Of a stretch of DNA of 64,000 nucleotides, positions 9,889 through 20,094 are shown piece after piece (the first letter of the stretch is position 1; the number at the start of each line of letters is the position of its first letter). The notes beneath the pieces were generated by a model that saw only the letters and a program-made list of their open reading frames with translations, was not told the DNA's origin and ran no database searches. The stretch covers positions 2,592,001 through 2,656,000 of the forward strand of contig OZ245033.1 in assembly GCA_965224025.1 (NCBI GenBank), read 5' to 3'. Source of the stretch: Candidatus Multivorans sp. (GTDB lineage Bacteria; Acidobacteriota; Thermoanaerobaculia; Multivoradales; Multivoraceae). The position numbers and the translations under genes were made by a program.

Positions 9889-10728
9889 ATGCACCGCGAT
9901 CCACGAAGAGCATCCGCCCCTGGTCCCCTCGTTCCGACGCTGGCTCTGGCCTTGTTCCTCGTTGTCGCAACGCCGGTGGCCTCGGAGGATTTCGACCACG
10001 TCCACCTGACGGCGCCGGACACGATGGCGGCGGCCCAGTGGTACAACAATCTCTTCGGCGGCAAGCTCGGCAAGAGCGGCCCCTTCGACGCCGTGTTCTA
10101 CGGCAACGACATCCTGAAGGTCCGGGAGGGCGAGCCGACCAGCGGCAGCGGCGGCACCTCGGTCGATCACATCGGTTTCTCGGTCGAAGACGTGGCGGCG
10201 AGTCTCGAGCAGTGCGAGGCCGCGGGCGGCAAGGTCGTGGGCGCCGCCCGGCATGTCGAGGCGGCCGGGTTCACCTTCGGCTTCTGCGAGGACCCCTGGG
10301 GCGCCCGGATCGAGGTAATCGACGACATGGACCACGGCGGCGCGCCGGGGCTGCACCACGTCCACGTGTTCTCGGGCGACGCGGTGGCGACCGCCGCCTG
10401 GTACGCGAAGCAGTTCGGCGGCGAGGTCGTGCCCTTCAAGGGCTTGGCCCCGCTGCACTCGATCCTGTACGAGAACGGCGGCGACGAGACCTGGCTGATC
10501 GTCAACCAGGCGCCGGGCGAACGGACCGGCACCGACGGCACGGTGGTCGATCACATCGGTTGGCACACCACCGAATACGATCCGTGGCTCGAGCGGTTGC
10601 GCGCGGGCGGCGTGAAGTTCGTCGTCGAGCCGCGGGAGCTGGAGGACGGCCACCGGATCGCGTTCATCGAGGGGCCGGACGGCACGAAGATCGAGGTCGT
10701 CGAGTTGCTCGAGGCAGGGCCGCCTTGA
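9889..10728 (+). CDS. Secreted tandem VOC/glyoxalase-domain protein
   Basis: DHVHL, VDHIGF, HHVHV, VDHIGW, GPDGTKIEVVE; signal peptide; RBS ggagg before ATG 9889. Confidence 0.85.
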   Translation: MHRDPRRASAPGPLVPTLALALFLVVATPVASEDFDHVHLTAPDTMAAAQWYNNLFGGKLGKSGPFDAVFYGNDILKVREGEPTSGSGGTSVDHIGFSVEDVAASLEQCEAAGGKVVGAARHVEAAGFTFGFCEDPWGARIEVIDDMDHGGAPGLHHVHVFSGDAVATAAWYAKQFGGEVVPFKGLAPLHSILYENGGDETWLIVNQAPGERTGTDGTVVDHIGWHTTEYDPWLERLRAGGVKFVVEPRELEDGHRIAFIEGPDGTKIEVVELLEAGPP

Positions 10729-11702
10729 CGCGGAAGTCGAGCGTGGACGACCGGCGGCGGCGCGAGTGGCTGCGGCTGGGGCTCCTGGCCGCGGCCGTAG
10801 CTGCGGTCGCGGCCGGACCGCTTGCGGCGCAGGAAGCGGGCGCGGCGGTCGAGCCGGCGCGGTTCCACCACATCCACCTCAACGTCACGGACGTCGAGCG
10901 TTCGACCTCTTTCTATCGCGACACGTTCGGCGCGTTGCCGATCGAGTTCCGCGGCGCGGCGGACGCCGTGTTCACGGAGCGGTCCTTCATCCTCTTCAAC
11001 GACGTGGAGGAGGCGCCGGACGGCAGCCAGGAGAGCGGCATCTGGCACTTCGGTTGGGGCGGCGTCGATCTGCCGAACGAGTACAAGTGGCTGGTGTCCC
11101 GCGGCGTCGACATCCACACGCCGATCTACCGCCTGGGCCGCGGGCACGTCGTCTACGTCAACGGCCCCGACCGCGAGATGATCGAAGTGAACACGATGGG
11201 CCATCACCGCTTCGCCCACGTTCACCTGTTCGGCGTCGACGTCAACGAGACCGCGTCGTGGTACGAGCGGTACTTCGGGCTGCACGCGGGGCGGAGCGCG
11301 GAGGGCAACCCGCGGCCGGTGGGGCCGGACGCCGAGTTCTCGACCTGGCGGGAGTTCCACGAGGAACACCGGGCCTGGTCGAACGGTTTTCGGGCCGACA
11401 ACGTGACCTTCATCGTCTACAACATTCCCGACTACGAGCCGGTGGCGCCGTGGTGGCCGCAGGACGCGGCGCCGCTGCGTGAGCTGGCGCCTCAACGGGG
11501 GCGGGCGATCGACCACTTCGCCTTCTCCTACCGCGACATCGAACCGGTGTTCGAGCGGCTGCAGGAGGCGGGGGTCGAGATACTGGCGCCGATCACCTAC
11601 CGGCCGGAACTCGAGATGCGGAGTTTCTTCGTGATGGGCCCGGACAAGGTGGCGGTCGAGGTCGTCGAAGCGAAGCCGATCCCGGAGGGCGTGTGGGACT
11701 GA
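10725..11702 (+). CDS. Secreted tandem VOC/glyoxalase-domain protein
   Basis: FHHIHL, IWHFGW, FAHVHL, IDHFAF, GPDKVAVEVVE; TTG start overlaps upstream stop; Arg-rich leader. Confidence 0.83.
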   Translation: MTRKSSVDDRRRREWLRLGLLAAAVAAVAAGPLAAQEAGAAVEPARFHHIHLNVTDVERSTSFYRDTFGALPIEFRGAADAVFTERSFILFNDVEEAPDGSQESGIWHFGWGGVDLPNEYKWLVSRGVDIHTPIYRLGRGHVVYVNGPDREMIEVNTMGHHRFAHVHLFGVDVNETASWYERYFGLHAGRSAEGNPRPVGPDAEFSTWREFHEEHRAWSNGFRADNVTFIVYNIPDYEPVAPWWPQDAAPLRELAPQRGRAIDHFAFSYRDIEPVFERLQEAGVEILAPITYRPELEMRSFFVMGPDKVAVEVVEAKPIPEGVWD

Positions 11703-11739
11703 GGCGGGGAGGCGGGCCAGGCCTGGGCACCCGGGTGGC

Positions 11740-11763
11740 GCCCGCATCCGACGCGAAGCGTCG
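11740..11763. repeat. REP-like GAA-loop hairpin, copy 2
   Basis: gcccgcatccgacgcgaagcgtcg; compensatory stem change relative to 9444-9467. Confidence 0.65.
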
Positions 11764-11833
11764 TCCGACCGCTGCCTACCTGCTAAGGTCCGCCTGCCGA
11801 CCGAAACAACTGGTTTAGAAGCTGGAGGCGCGC

Positions 11834-13153
11834 ATGAGCCGCTCGATCGCTGCACTTCTCGTTCTTGGCGCCTTGGGCCTCGCTTCCGTGGCGGTCGCCG
11901 CCGACACGGGCGAGGAAGTCACCTTCCACGAGCATGTGCTGCCGATCTTCCAGCAAAGCTGCCAGACTTGCCATCGGCCGGGCGGCGACAACGTCGCCGG
12001 CATGGTGGCGCCGATGTCGCTGATGACGTACGAGGAATCGAGGCCCTGGGCGCGCTCGATCGCGCGTCTGGTGCAGAGCCGGGAGATGCCGCCGTGGGAC
12101 GCGACGGACCACACGGCCGGGGTCTTCGCCAACGAGCGCACGCTGACCCAGAACGAGATCGACACGGTCGTGGCCTGGGTGGGACGCGGCGCGCCGAAGG
12201 GCGATCCGGCCAAGGGGCCGGCCCCCCGTGTGTTCGAGGACACCGGCGGCTTCCTGATCGGCAAGCCGGACCTGATCGTCTACATGGAGGAGCCCTACTT
12301 CGTGGATGACGACATCGAGGACGAACAGCCCAACTTCTTCATCACGCTGACCGAGGAGATGCTCCCGGAACCGCGCTGGATTCAGGCGATCGAGTACCAG
12401 CCGGATGCCGAGTTCGTCCATCACATCACCGGCCGCGCCTTGACCCCGAACGAGGACGGCGAGGTGAACGTGCTCAGCGAGAACACGTTCTCCCTGGGTT
12501 CCATCGCAGCCGGCGAGGATCCGACGATCTATCCGCCGGGGTTCGGCAACGTGTTGCGAGCCGGCATGGTGGTCCGAATGAACGTGCATTACCACAAGGA
12601 ACCCGGCCCGGGCACCTCGGGCTACGACCGTTCAGCGGTCGCCTTCAGGTTCCATCCGGCGGGCGCCGACGTGAAGCACAAAGTGACCTGGAACACGGTC
12701 GGCGCCGGCGCCTTCGAAATTCCGCCTGGTCACGGGCGCTGGCGTGTCGGGTCGTCCAAGGTGTTCGAGAAGGACACGGTGATCCTGTCGCTGCATCCGC
12801 ACATGCACTTCCGAGGCGAGAGCATGAAGTACACGGCGTTCTACCCCGACGGCGGCGCAGAGGTACTGCTCGACGTCCCGCAGTACGACTACAGTTGGCA
12901 GACGAACTACATCTACCGTGAGCCCAAGGTGCTGCCGGCCGGAACCCGGGTGGAGATCGAAGCGATCTACGACAACTCGGAGACCAAGCTCGATGAATAC
13001 CCGTTCCTGAACATCGAGCGCGCCGTGGACTGGGGCGCGCAGAGCACGGACGAGATGATGGCCCCCTTCCTGGCCTGGACCTACGTGGAGCCGGAAGAGG
13101 CGGCGGCGATCCGAGCCGCCGGCGGGCCAAGTTCGACCGGCGGCGGCGAGTAA
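11834..13153 (+). CDS. Secreted cytochrome c / copper type II monooxygenase-like protein
   Basis: Signal peptide, CQTCH heme motif, FVHH, HPHMH and DEMM copper-ligand motifs. Confidence 0.82.
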   Translation: MSRSIAALLVLGALGLASVAVAADTGEEVTFHEHVLPIFQQSCQTCHRPGGDNVAGMVAPMSLMTYEESRPWARSIARLVQSREMPPWDATDHTAGVFANERTLTQNEIDTVVAWVGRGAPKGDPAKGPAPRVFEDTGGFLIGKPDLIVYMEEPYFVDDDIEDEQPNFFITLTEEMLPEPRWIQAIEYQPDAEFVHHITGRALTPNEDGEVNVLSENTFSLGSIAAGEDPTIYPPGFGNVLRAGMVVRMNVHYHKEPGPGTSGYDRSAVAFRFHPAGADVKHKVTWNTVGAGAFEIPPGHGRWRVGSSKVFEKDTVILSLHPHMHFRGESMKYTAFYPDGGAEVLLDVPQYDYSWQTNYIYREPKVLPAGTRVEIEAIYDNSETKLDEYPFLNIERAVDWGAQSTDEMMAPFLAWTYVEPEEAAAIRAAGGPSSTGGGE

Positions 13154-13167
13154 CGCGGGCTGCACCC

Positions 13168-13197
13168 GCCTGCCGAGGGTCCCGTGTGTGGGGTCCC
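13168..13197. repeat. Left arm of the inverted repeat bracketing the Druantia cassette
   Basis: gcctgccgagggtcccgtgtgtggggtccc; 28/30 match to the reverse complement of 24538-24567. Confidence 0.8.
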
Positions 13198-13244
13198 GCG
13201 GGACGCGCCATCCGTGCGCCCGATGACGGCCGCACGGATTGGTT

Positions 13245-13273
13245 CACGGGTGGCGCGGATCGCGCCACCCGTG
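13245..13273. terminator. Perfect 13-bp hairpin between convergent genes (possible bidirectional terminator)
   Basis: cacgggtggcgcg-gat-cgcgccacccgtg; no U-tract; a second 9-bp stem lies at 13210-13239. Confidence 0.45.
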
Positions 13274-13425
13274 TCACGGCTAGCAGTTGGCTCCCTTGGA
13301 GGGCCGCGCTTCGGTGCGCACCGCCGTGCAAGTCGACCGGTGGGCGCTACGCGTCGGCGGACTCGGGTCCGACGAAGTGTGCGCCGGGCTGCCGTGTTCT
13401 CACCGGACCTTGAACCTGTCGGCGT

Positions 13426-16400
13426 TCATCGAAGGGCAGTCATGATCCGCCGGGTAGCGGCTGGTAGGTTCCCGCGCACTACGAGTTCGTTTTCGACGAT
13501 GACCGGGAGTTCTCGGCTGGAATCAAGAGCGGCGATGGAGGCGTCGGCGGGGCGATGGGGCGTCAGAGGATCTGAGAGGGCGATGACGAACCGTCGGCCG
13601 GTCTTGGTCGTCGCCAGGATGGGTGCGGTGACGGTCGCGCCGGCCGTTTGCAGGGGGGCATCCATGTCGAATCGCGTCCCGCCCACGGATTGGCGCTGGA
13701 GATCATTGCGGAGCAGCGCTGTCGAGGAAGCCAATCGGCTTGGGCTGAACTCGGCAAGCCGTCCGTCGATGAGATAGCTGAGAAGTTGGGCGCCGATGTG
13801 GCGGTCGAGGAGACTGTGCTCGAACTTGTTCTTGAAGCTGCGTAGGCAGCGGTAGCACGACGCGTCGCAGCCTTCCTCGCAACTGATGAGAAGGCCGTGT
13901 GCTGCCTGCAACAACTCGACGGGTGATTCGGGGAGTTGCGTCGAGAATCCGGCACCACCTGGGAGTGTGTCGTACAGGAAGACCTCGGCTTCTAGGCCAG
14001 TTGTGCCGCCGGGCGTGAGTGCAGGGCGGAACTCGGCCATCATTTCTCCCGGCTCTAGTTCGAGCAATCTGCAGGCGGCAGCAGCCAGCGCTTCGCTAAC
14101 AGTCCGCAAGGCAACGACCGTTGATGTGTGGCCGGGTTTGAGGCTCATTGGCCGAGCGACCCGCAAGGAGAAGAGTGCGATGTCCGTTATGAAGTCGGTG
14201 CCCAGGACGAGGTGGCGTACGGGGTTGAGACCGTCGCAATTGCGCTTGTCGTCGTCGTACGGATAGGGCTTCAAGTGCGTGCCGTGCAGTTGGTCGGAAT
14301 GGGCCGCTGTCGCTTCTATGCGACCGCACTTCGTGCAGTACGTGTAGCCGTCCTTTCTCGGACCCGTATTGGACACGAGCAGGTGTCTTCTCGACGCAAG
14401 TACCCGGACGCGTTCGTTGACGATGGTCCAAGCCTCGGAATCGTCCGGCGTGTCCATCGTCAGCTTGGCGCGGGTCGCGTAGCTGGTTTCCGGCATGTCG
14501 TCCGGCGACGTGACCTCTTCGGTGTCGACGGGATGGGCGAACCCGGGGGGCCGCAGCCAGTAGCGCCCAGGACCGAACGTTCGGACGCCGCCACAGGCTT
14601 GGCAGTCCCGAGTTTCGCGCCGCTGGGCCTCGCCGACAGCGTAGGTCCTGGCGAAGCCGCAGATCTCGCACTCCATGTAGATGCGCTTGGACTCCCATGC
14701 GGCGAAACGGTCGTTGGGATGGGCGGAGTAAATTGCACTCGACGTGTAACACTTGCCGGAAATCCACACCTGTTTGCCTGGGGAATACTGGGACAGGGCA
14801 ACCGAAAGTCCTTGCTGGGGCGCGAAACGCATGATCGGGCGGAATCGCGTGGACCGGTCGGTGTCGAACACATGGAAGGTCGCGACGTCGGTCGGGAAGG
14901 CGTAGCGTGGGAGTTTCCCGCGGTAGAGAAGCCGGTCGAGAAGCTTTTGGGTGTTGGCTGTCTGCTTCGAGCTCTCCTCGCCGGCTTCCGGCTGGAGTTC
15001 GGCTTCGGCCGCGTCGGGGGACTCGCCGTAGTCCTCGGCTTCGTCGGGCGCGAGGCCAATAGCGTCGTCGATGGCTTCAAGGCAATCCTGAATGAGACCG
15101 CTCAGGAGCAAGTCGCGGTCCTGCGGGGTGATCTCCCGCGGAATCCAGGACGACACCCGGCACCGTAGGTTGCCTTCGTGCTCTCCGAGCCAGTGAGCGA
15201 AATCGTGGCGGTTCAGGACAGAGGCAGGATCGCGGAACTCGGCGACGGTGCCGAGCACCGAGAAGAGGTCGTGATTCTGGCCGGGATCCACGGCCGGGAT
15301 GCGATCCTGGTGGTAGCACTGCAGTAAGAACGCGCGGATGTGCCGGCGTACGATGTCCGGATTGTCGAGCGTTAGTTTCGGGTCGACGACATCGCCCCGG
15401 ATCATCCCGTCCGGCTTCGTGAAGTAGTGCTCGTCGTGGCTGTCGGCGCTGCCGAAGGCAACGACGGTGGCGACGGCGTTGCCGCGGCGTCCTGCTCGGC
15501 CCGAGCGCTGCTGATAGTTGGCGCGGCTCGGCGGCATGTTGCGCAGGGCGACGCCGGCCAGGGCGCCGATGTCGATGCCGACCTCCATGGTCGTCGTGCT
15601 CGAAAGCACATCGACGGCGGTGGACGAGTTGGCGCGTTCCCCAAGGGCGATGTCCTGAAAAAGGAGTTCGTTCTCCTCGGCCTTGGAGAACACGTCCTCG
15701 GTCTGCGGGGCGTTCAACTGCGCGGTGTGCTCGGCGGCGACGAGAGCAAGTGGTGGATTCGGAGGTTCCGAGAGCGCGTCGGTGACGGGTCTGCGGTAGA
15801 AGCCCTTTCGCGCTAGGAAGATGGGGTCGTGGTCAGGATCAAGTTCCCCGATGTTGAGGCTTCCGCAATCCAGACAGTGCGGGATGCTCGAAACGGGCCG
15901 ATGCACGGATTTGCAACTGCTACATCGGGCCCAACTGCCTTCGAAAGCGAGGGTCAAATCGCTGCCCCGCAGGCGACTGAAGCCGTTGGCGGTGGCCTCG
16001 GTGAAACGGGCCATTAGTTGGGGTGACCAATCGCCGTTGAAGATCTTGCGCGCCGCAGGGACGGCGAGGATGGTGTTCATGGCCCTGAACTTGCCTTTCC
16101 GCGAGCGGACGCTGATGCCTTGGGAACGCGGGCGCTGGCCCCAGACGGGCGGCATGGCACCGAGCCAGAAGCCGTACCCCTGCCAGCAGCGCAGCCACGC
16201 CCGCGCGAGTTCCGCCTTGGTTTCGGGCGTTTCGGCGACGCCGGGAATCGAGGGGAGTTCGTACAGCATATCCGTGAGGTCTTCGCGTTCGGCGAGGGAT
16301 GCCAGGGCCAGAGGCTCGAATCCGAGAAAGCGGTCCTGCACGGTCGTTACTATCTGCTCGAGCAACGCTTCGGGTGGACGTTCTGATCGAATCCGCATGC

Positions 16401-18966
16401 AGAGTCTGACTAGGGTGCCGTCGTTGTCGGTCTGGTTGTTGTCGACCGCGTCTCGCACGATGAGATCCGCCCCGAAGCTCTCGCCGGCCTTCTTTTCGGG
16501 GCGCAGGCGCACATGGAGCGTCCGGGCGGCAAGGAGGACAGCAAGATAGAGGTCGTTGAGGTTGAGGTCTGGCCGCAGGAAGGGGACGGCTTGGAGCCGC
16601 TGAAAGCCCCAGGCGATGAGCGGGCGAAGGGAGTCGCGGACCGAGTACATCTGCAAATTCGGGGCTAGGCGTGCCGCGACCTGTCGCGAGTCCGAGAACG
16701 TCAGTACCTTTCTGCCCCGCAAAGGCGCGAAGGGGGTCGGAGGGTCGAGGGACGGAGGTTGGATCTGCAGTTGCCGGGCCACGAGCGCTTGGAACGGTTG
16801 GTCGCCCTTGGTCTGGTGATCCCGGACGTAGGAGGTACCGAAACGGGCCCACTTGCCGCAGACGGCGCACGGAGCGAACTGGCCTGGTGACATGAGTGAC
16901 GGGTCGCCGCCGCCGTTTGCTTCGTCCAACGCCCCGGACAGGCGATCGTTGCATAGATAGACGCGGCGCATGCGCGGGCCTAGGGATGGCGGGTTGAGGC
17001 GGCCCGTCTCAAGATCGTAGTCCGCGGGCTCGGCGGCTTCGTCGGTGGCGGGAGCTTCAAGCAGAAGATCTAGGGGACCAAGCGGACCCGTTTCGCCCTC
17101 CGCCATGCGTAGGCGCTGTCCGGGTTCAGACCATAAGGACGACGGGCAATCGACATCGTGGGTGTAGGCCCTTGCGTACGCTGTACCGCAGTTGCGGCAC
17201 GTGTACAGTTCGAGCACGCGGGCGCCGCAGTGGCAGGATTCGCGCGGCTGGCTGTACATGGTTCCGCAGATTCCGTCCCTCTCGGATTCGTCGAGGTTGC
17301 TGCATGCCGGGTCCATGCAGACCCAAAGCCCGGGGAGACCGCGGAAGAAGTTGTGGATGCGGCAGGGCAAGAGCCCGGGGGTCTTGGGGTCGAGGCGCGC
17401 GGCACTGCCGAGTGCCATTAGCGCGTTGACCGCGCTGTCGGCGGTCTGCGAATTGGCGCTGGGGAACAGCTGTTGGCCGAGTTCGGTAAGAGGGAGCGCC
17501 CGCTCCATTGTCATGTTAATAAGACGGCCCATTGGTGGGTAGTCGGCGAGCGAGTTGTGGAGGGCTCGCTCGGGATTGGTGTCGTCCTTCGCATGTAGAT
17601 GGTCGACGATCGGCTTGATGATCGCGTGACGTTCCGAATCGGTTTGCGCGTCGTAGTAGCGCTTGAGGTCGATGCCCGCGAGGACCCCGGCGTCCCGGGG
17701 TGCACCTGGGCCGTCGTGCGGTCGGAGATCGAGTGCTCCCGAGATCGGGAGGAACGTGTCTGGCGAAAGGCCCGATAGCTGTGCGCCGAACTGCGGAGCG
17801 TACGGGCGGCAGCTGAAGCTAGCGGTTGAGCAGATGACGCGGAACCGGTCTGCTGGAACACCGAGGCGATCGCGCAATCGGCGCAGCAGAAGGCTCACCT
17901 CCGCTCCGGCGGTCCCCCTGTAGAGATGCGCCTCGTCGAGAACAACCAAAAAGTCCTCGTCCGTATTGAGTTCGAGGAACGCGCGTGTCCTATCGAATAC
18001 GGCGCGCTCGATCGGACGCATCATCATGTACTCAAGCATCGAGTAGTTGGTGACGAGGAGATCAGGGGGGGTGCACTGCACTTCGTGTCGCGTGAGTAGT
18101 TCGCTGTCGTCCGGCAGCGTCACGGCCCTGACGAATGCACCTGTCTTCGGATCCTGCCAGCGGCTCCTCTTCGCGCCGAGCCAGGCACTCAGGTCTGGCT
18201 TGGCCGGCCACTTTCCGCGCTCCTTGAGTGCATGCCGCAGGCGACGCGCCTCGGCATGGCCTTCGGCGTTCGTATCGCGCGCGGCACGCTCGATGTCGAC
18301 GAAGAAGTCATCGAATGCCCTGAACTTGGCGGAGTCCTTCTCGCGCGTCCGAACGCCCGCGTAGGGCGTGCGGCTCGTGTAGCGGGCGAACCGTGGAGGC
18401 CGCCCGGCCCAGGTGTTGAAGAGTGAAACCAAGCGGGGGTCGCCGAAGAGCCCGCGCAGGCGCCCCAATTGGTCGTTGACTAGGGCGTTCATGGGATACA
18501 GGACGAGAGCGCGCATCCCAGGTTGGTTTGCAAAGGAGTCGCTCCCCGAACTGGCTTCCCGTGCCAGCTTTCCGAGGATGGGAAGGAGGAAGGCCTCGGT
18601 CTTTCCCGACCCGGTGCCTGTCATCACGACGAGATTGCGTCTGTCGATCAGGCTACCCCGGACCGCTTCCGACTGGTGTTTGTAGGGAGGATCGTAGATC
18701 AGCTTTGGCAGACCGCCTTGCGCGTGTGATACGGCGCTGAAGGCTTCGAGTGCTGCGGCAGGGAGTCCCGCCATTTCGGAGAAGCGCATACCGGTTTCGT
18801 AACGCGGCGTGGACTCCAGGTAGGGGACCTGGTGGATGACACCGGGAGTGTTCAGCAGTGCTTTACGCCGATTTATGAGCGACTTGGCGCTGATGTGGTA
18901 AGTGGCTTCAATGTAGTCGCGCAGTGCTCCGTGGAGTTGCTCTATCGACTGTTGGATGGTCTGCAT
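13426..18966 (-). CDS. druE: Druantia DruE-type large DEAH-box helicase with DUF1998
   Basis: 1846 aa; PYKHQ, TGTGSGKT, LYPMNALVNDQ, DEAH, TTTMEVGIDIG, QRSGRAGR, YDTLPGGAG and CxxxCxxxCxxC zinc motif; in operon with a DUF4338 gene. Confidence 0.9.
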   Translation of the reverse strand: MQTIQQSIEQLHGALRDYIEATYHISAKSLINRRKALLNTPGVIHQVPYLESTPRYETGMRFSEMAGLPAAALEAFSAVSHAQGGLPKLIYDPPYKHQSEAVRGSLIDRRNLVVMTGTGSGKTEAFLLPILGKLAREASSGSDSFANQPGMRALVLYPMNALVNDQLGRLRGLFGDPRLVSLFNTWAGRPPRFARYTSRTPYAGVRTREKDSAKFRAFDDFFVDIERAARDTNAEGHAEARRLRHALKERGKWPAKPDLSAWLGAKRSRWQDPKTGAFVRAVTLPDDSELLTRHEVQCTPPDLLVTNYSMLEYMMMRPIERAVFDRTRAFLELNTDEDFLVVLDEAHLYRGTAGAEVSLLLRRLRDRLGVPADRFRVICSTASFSCRPYAPQFGAQLSGLSPDTFLPISGALDLRPHDGPGAPRDAGVLAGIDLKRYYDAQTDSERHAIIKPIVDHLHAKDDTNPERALHNSLADYPPMGRLINMTMERALPLTELGQQLFPSANSQTADSAVNALMALGSAARLDPKTPGLLPCRIHNFFRGLPGLWVCMDPACSNLDESERDGICGTMYSQPRESCHCGARVLELYTCRNCGTAYARAYTHDVDCPSSLWSEPGQRLRMAEGETGPLGPLDLLLEAPATDEAAEPADYDLETGRLNPPSLGPRMRRVYLCNDRLSGALDEANGGGDPSLMSPGQFAPCAVCGKWARFGTSYVRDHQTKGDQPFQALVARQLQIQPPSLDPPTPFAPLRGRKVLTFSDSRQVAARLAPNLQMYSVRDSLRPLIAWGFQRLQAVPFLRPDLNLNDLYLAVLLAARTLHVRLRPEKKAGESFGADLIVRDAVDNNQTDNDGTLVRLCMRIRSERPPEALLEQIVTTVQDRFLGFEPLALASLAEREDLTDMLYELPSIPGVAETPETKAELARAWLRCWQGYGFWLGAMPPVWGQRPRSQGISVRSRKGKFRAMNTILAVPAARKIFNGDWSPQLMARFTEATANGFSRLRGSDLTLAFEGSWARCSSCKSVHRPVSSIPHCLDCGSLNIGELDPDHDPIFLARKGFYRRPVTDALSEPPNPPLALVAAEHTAQLNAPQTEDVFSKAEENELLFQDIALGERANSSTAVDVLSSTTTMEVGIDIGALAGVALRNMPPSRANYQQRSGRAGRRGNAVATVVAFGSADSHDEHYFTKPDGMIRGDVVDPKLTLDNPDIVRRHIRAFLLQCYHQDRIPAVDPGQNHDLFSVLGTVAEFRDPASVLNRHDFAHWLGEHEGNLRCRVSSWIPREITPQDRDLLLSGLIQDCLEAIDDAIGLAPDEAEDYGESPDAAEAELQPEAGEESSKQTANTQKLLDRLLYRGKLPRYAFPTDVATFHVFDTDRSTRFRPIMRFAPQQGLSVALSQYSPGKQVWISGKCYTSSAIYSAHPNDRFAAWESKRIYMECEICGFARTYAVGEAQRRETRDCQACGGVRTFGPGRYWLRPPGFAHPVDTEEVTSPDDMPETSYATRAKLTMDTPDDSEAWTIVNERVRVLASRRHLLVSNTGPRKDGYTYCTKCGRIEATAAHSDQLHGTHLKPYPYDDDKRNCDGLNPVRHLVLGTDFITDIALFSLRVARPMSLKPGHTSTVVALRTVSEALAAAACRLLELEPGEMMAEFRPALTPGGTTGLEAEVFLYDTLPGGAGFSTQLPESPVELLQAAHGLLISCEEGCDASCYRCLRSFKNKFEHSLLDRHIGAQLLSYLIDGRLAEFSPSRLASSTALLRNDLQRQSVGGTRFDMDAPLQTAGATVTAPILATTKTGRRFVIALSDPLTPHRPADASIAALDSSRELPVIVENELVVRGNLPAATRRIMTALR

Positions 18967-18979
18967 GGGGCTGCTTTTT

Positions 18980-20062
18980 CTAGTGATGGTTGTTCACGCG
19001 CGACAACCACAGATTCTGTTGCAGAAACGTCTCCTCTGTATCGGCTTCATTCGCCGGAAGCACGTATGAGAGGAGGGACCTGTCGCGGGGTACGGGCCTA
19101 CCGAGGATCATAAGGCGGCGCTGCGACCATTGCGGCAGAGGGGAAAAGAAGTCGAAGCGAACACCGCCGTTGTCCGCCCGACGCCGGTAGCACTGTGGCC
19201 TGTCATTGCAGTGATCGATGGCCATTTGAAGGTGCCACGCGGCGTCGCAGGCGCGCCAGCGCGTCTGCTTGAGTGGTAGGTCGAGCAGCCGGACCGGAGC
19301 GCCGCTGCGCAAGTCAACCAGACACCAGGCCGGAGCACCGAACTCCTGAGGCCGCCGAGCGACGAACATGCCGTCCTGGTTCGTGGGTTTGCCCCATCGG
19401 CCGCGGTAGTAGGCGACCGGTCGCGCGGAGTCGAGGATCTGAAGGTCGGGGACCTCGGTGACGGGGTTTTCGCGGGCCAGAAGCTGCTGATGGCGAGCGA
19501 CCAAGCTTGCTGGATCTTCGGGCCGCGGACTCTTGAGCCAAGCGCCGTCGGATAGTTGCTGCAGCCCCAGTTCGCTCAGTTCATGCGGGAGATCTTCACC
19601 GGGTCGCGGTTCAAGGAGGCGTGTCGCGCCACGGTAGATAACGCGGCCGGAAAGCGTAGACGGGAGGAACGAGTCCTGATCCGGCACGACGCCGAAGAGA
19701 AACACGGAGCCACTTGGCCGTACGACGAAGCCGGGGGGCGCCGCGAAAACCCAAGTCTGTCTAACGTTCGAATCTTCGGTGACGACATCGTTGAGTTCGA
19801 GGAGGTCGCCGCCGACGATCAGAGCTTCGATGGCTTCGTCGGCGGCTTCGGGAGGGGAATCGTAGGCGGCCGGTAGGCCGCGCGTGCATTCGAGCAGCGA
19901 GGCCCGTAGGGTGGCTCGGGAGCACGGGCAGTGGACGCCGGCACTGCGCCTGCCGAGGGCTGCCAGCGTGGCGTCGTCCAGTGCGACCTTTTCGCCAACG
20001 GGCATGCCGAGCTTTCGACGGCAGTCGGCGAGAACCTTAGTCGCGGAGACGCGCTCAATCAT
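18980..20062 (-). CDS. druD: Druantia accessory protein (DruD-like), ~360 aa
   Basis: ATG at 20062 (MIERVSATK); directly upstream of druE; assigned from position and size. Confidence 0.65.
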   Translation of the reverse strand: MIERVSATKVLADCRRKLGMPVGEKVALDDATLAALGRRSAGVHCPCSRATLRASLLECTRGLPAAYDSPPEAADEAIEALIVGGDLLELNDVVTEDSNVRQTWVFAAPPGFVVRPSGSVFLFGVVPDQDSFLPSTLSGRVIYRGATRLLEPRPGEDLPHELSELGLQQLSDGAWLKSPRPEDPASLVARHQQLLARENPVTEVPDLQILDSARPVAYYRGRWGKPTNQDGMFVARRPQEFGAPAWCLVDLRSGAPVRLLDLPLKQTRWRACDAAWHLQMAIDHCNDRPQCYRRRADNGGVRFDFFSPLPQWSQRRLMILGRPVPRDRSLLSYVLPANEADTEETFLQQNLWLSRVNNHH

Positions 20063-20094
20063 GTCCGTACCCACGTCCGCTGGCGGTTGGTAGG

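Noticed and set aside
9477-11702. 741-aa fusion ORF
   Set aside because: The N-terminal part is off-frame over repeats and the first VOC gene; the real gene starts near 10725
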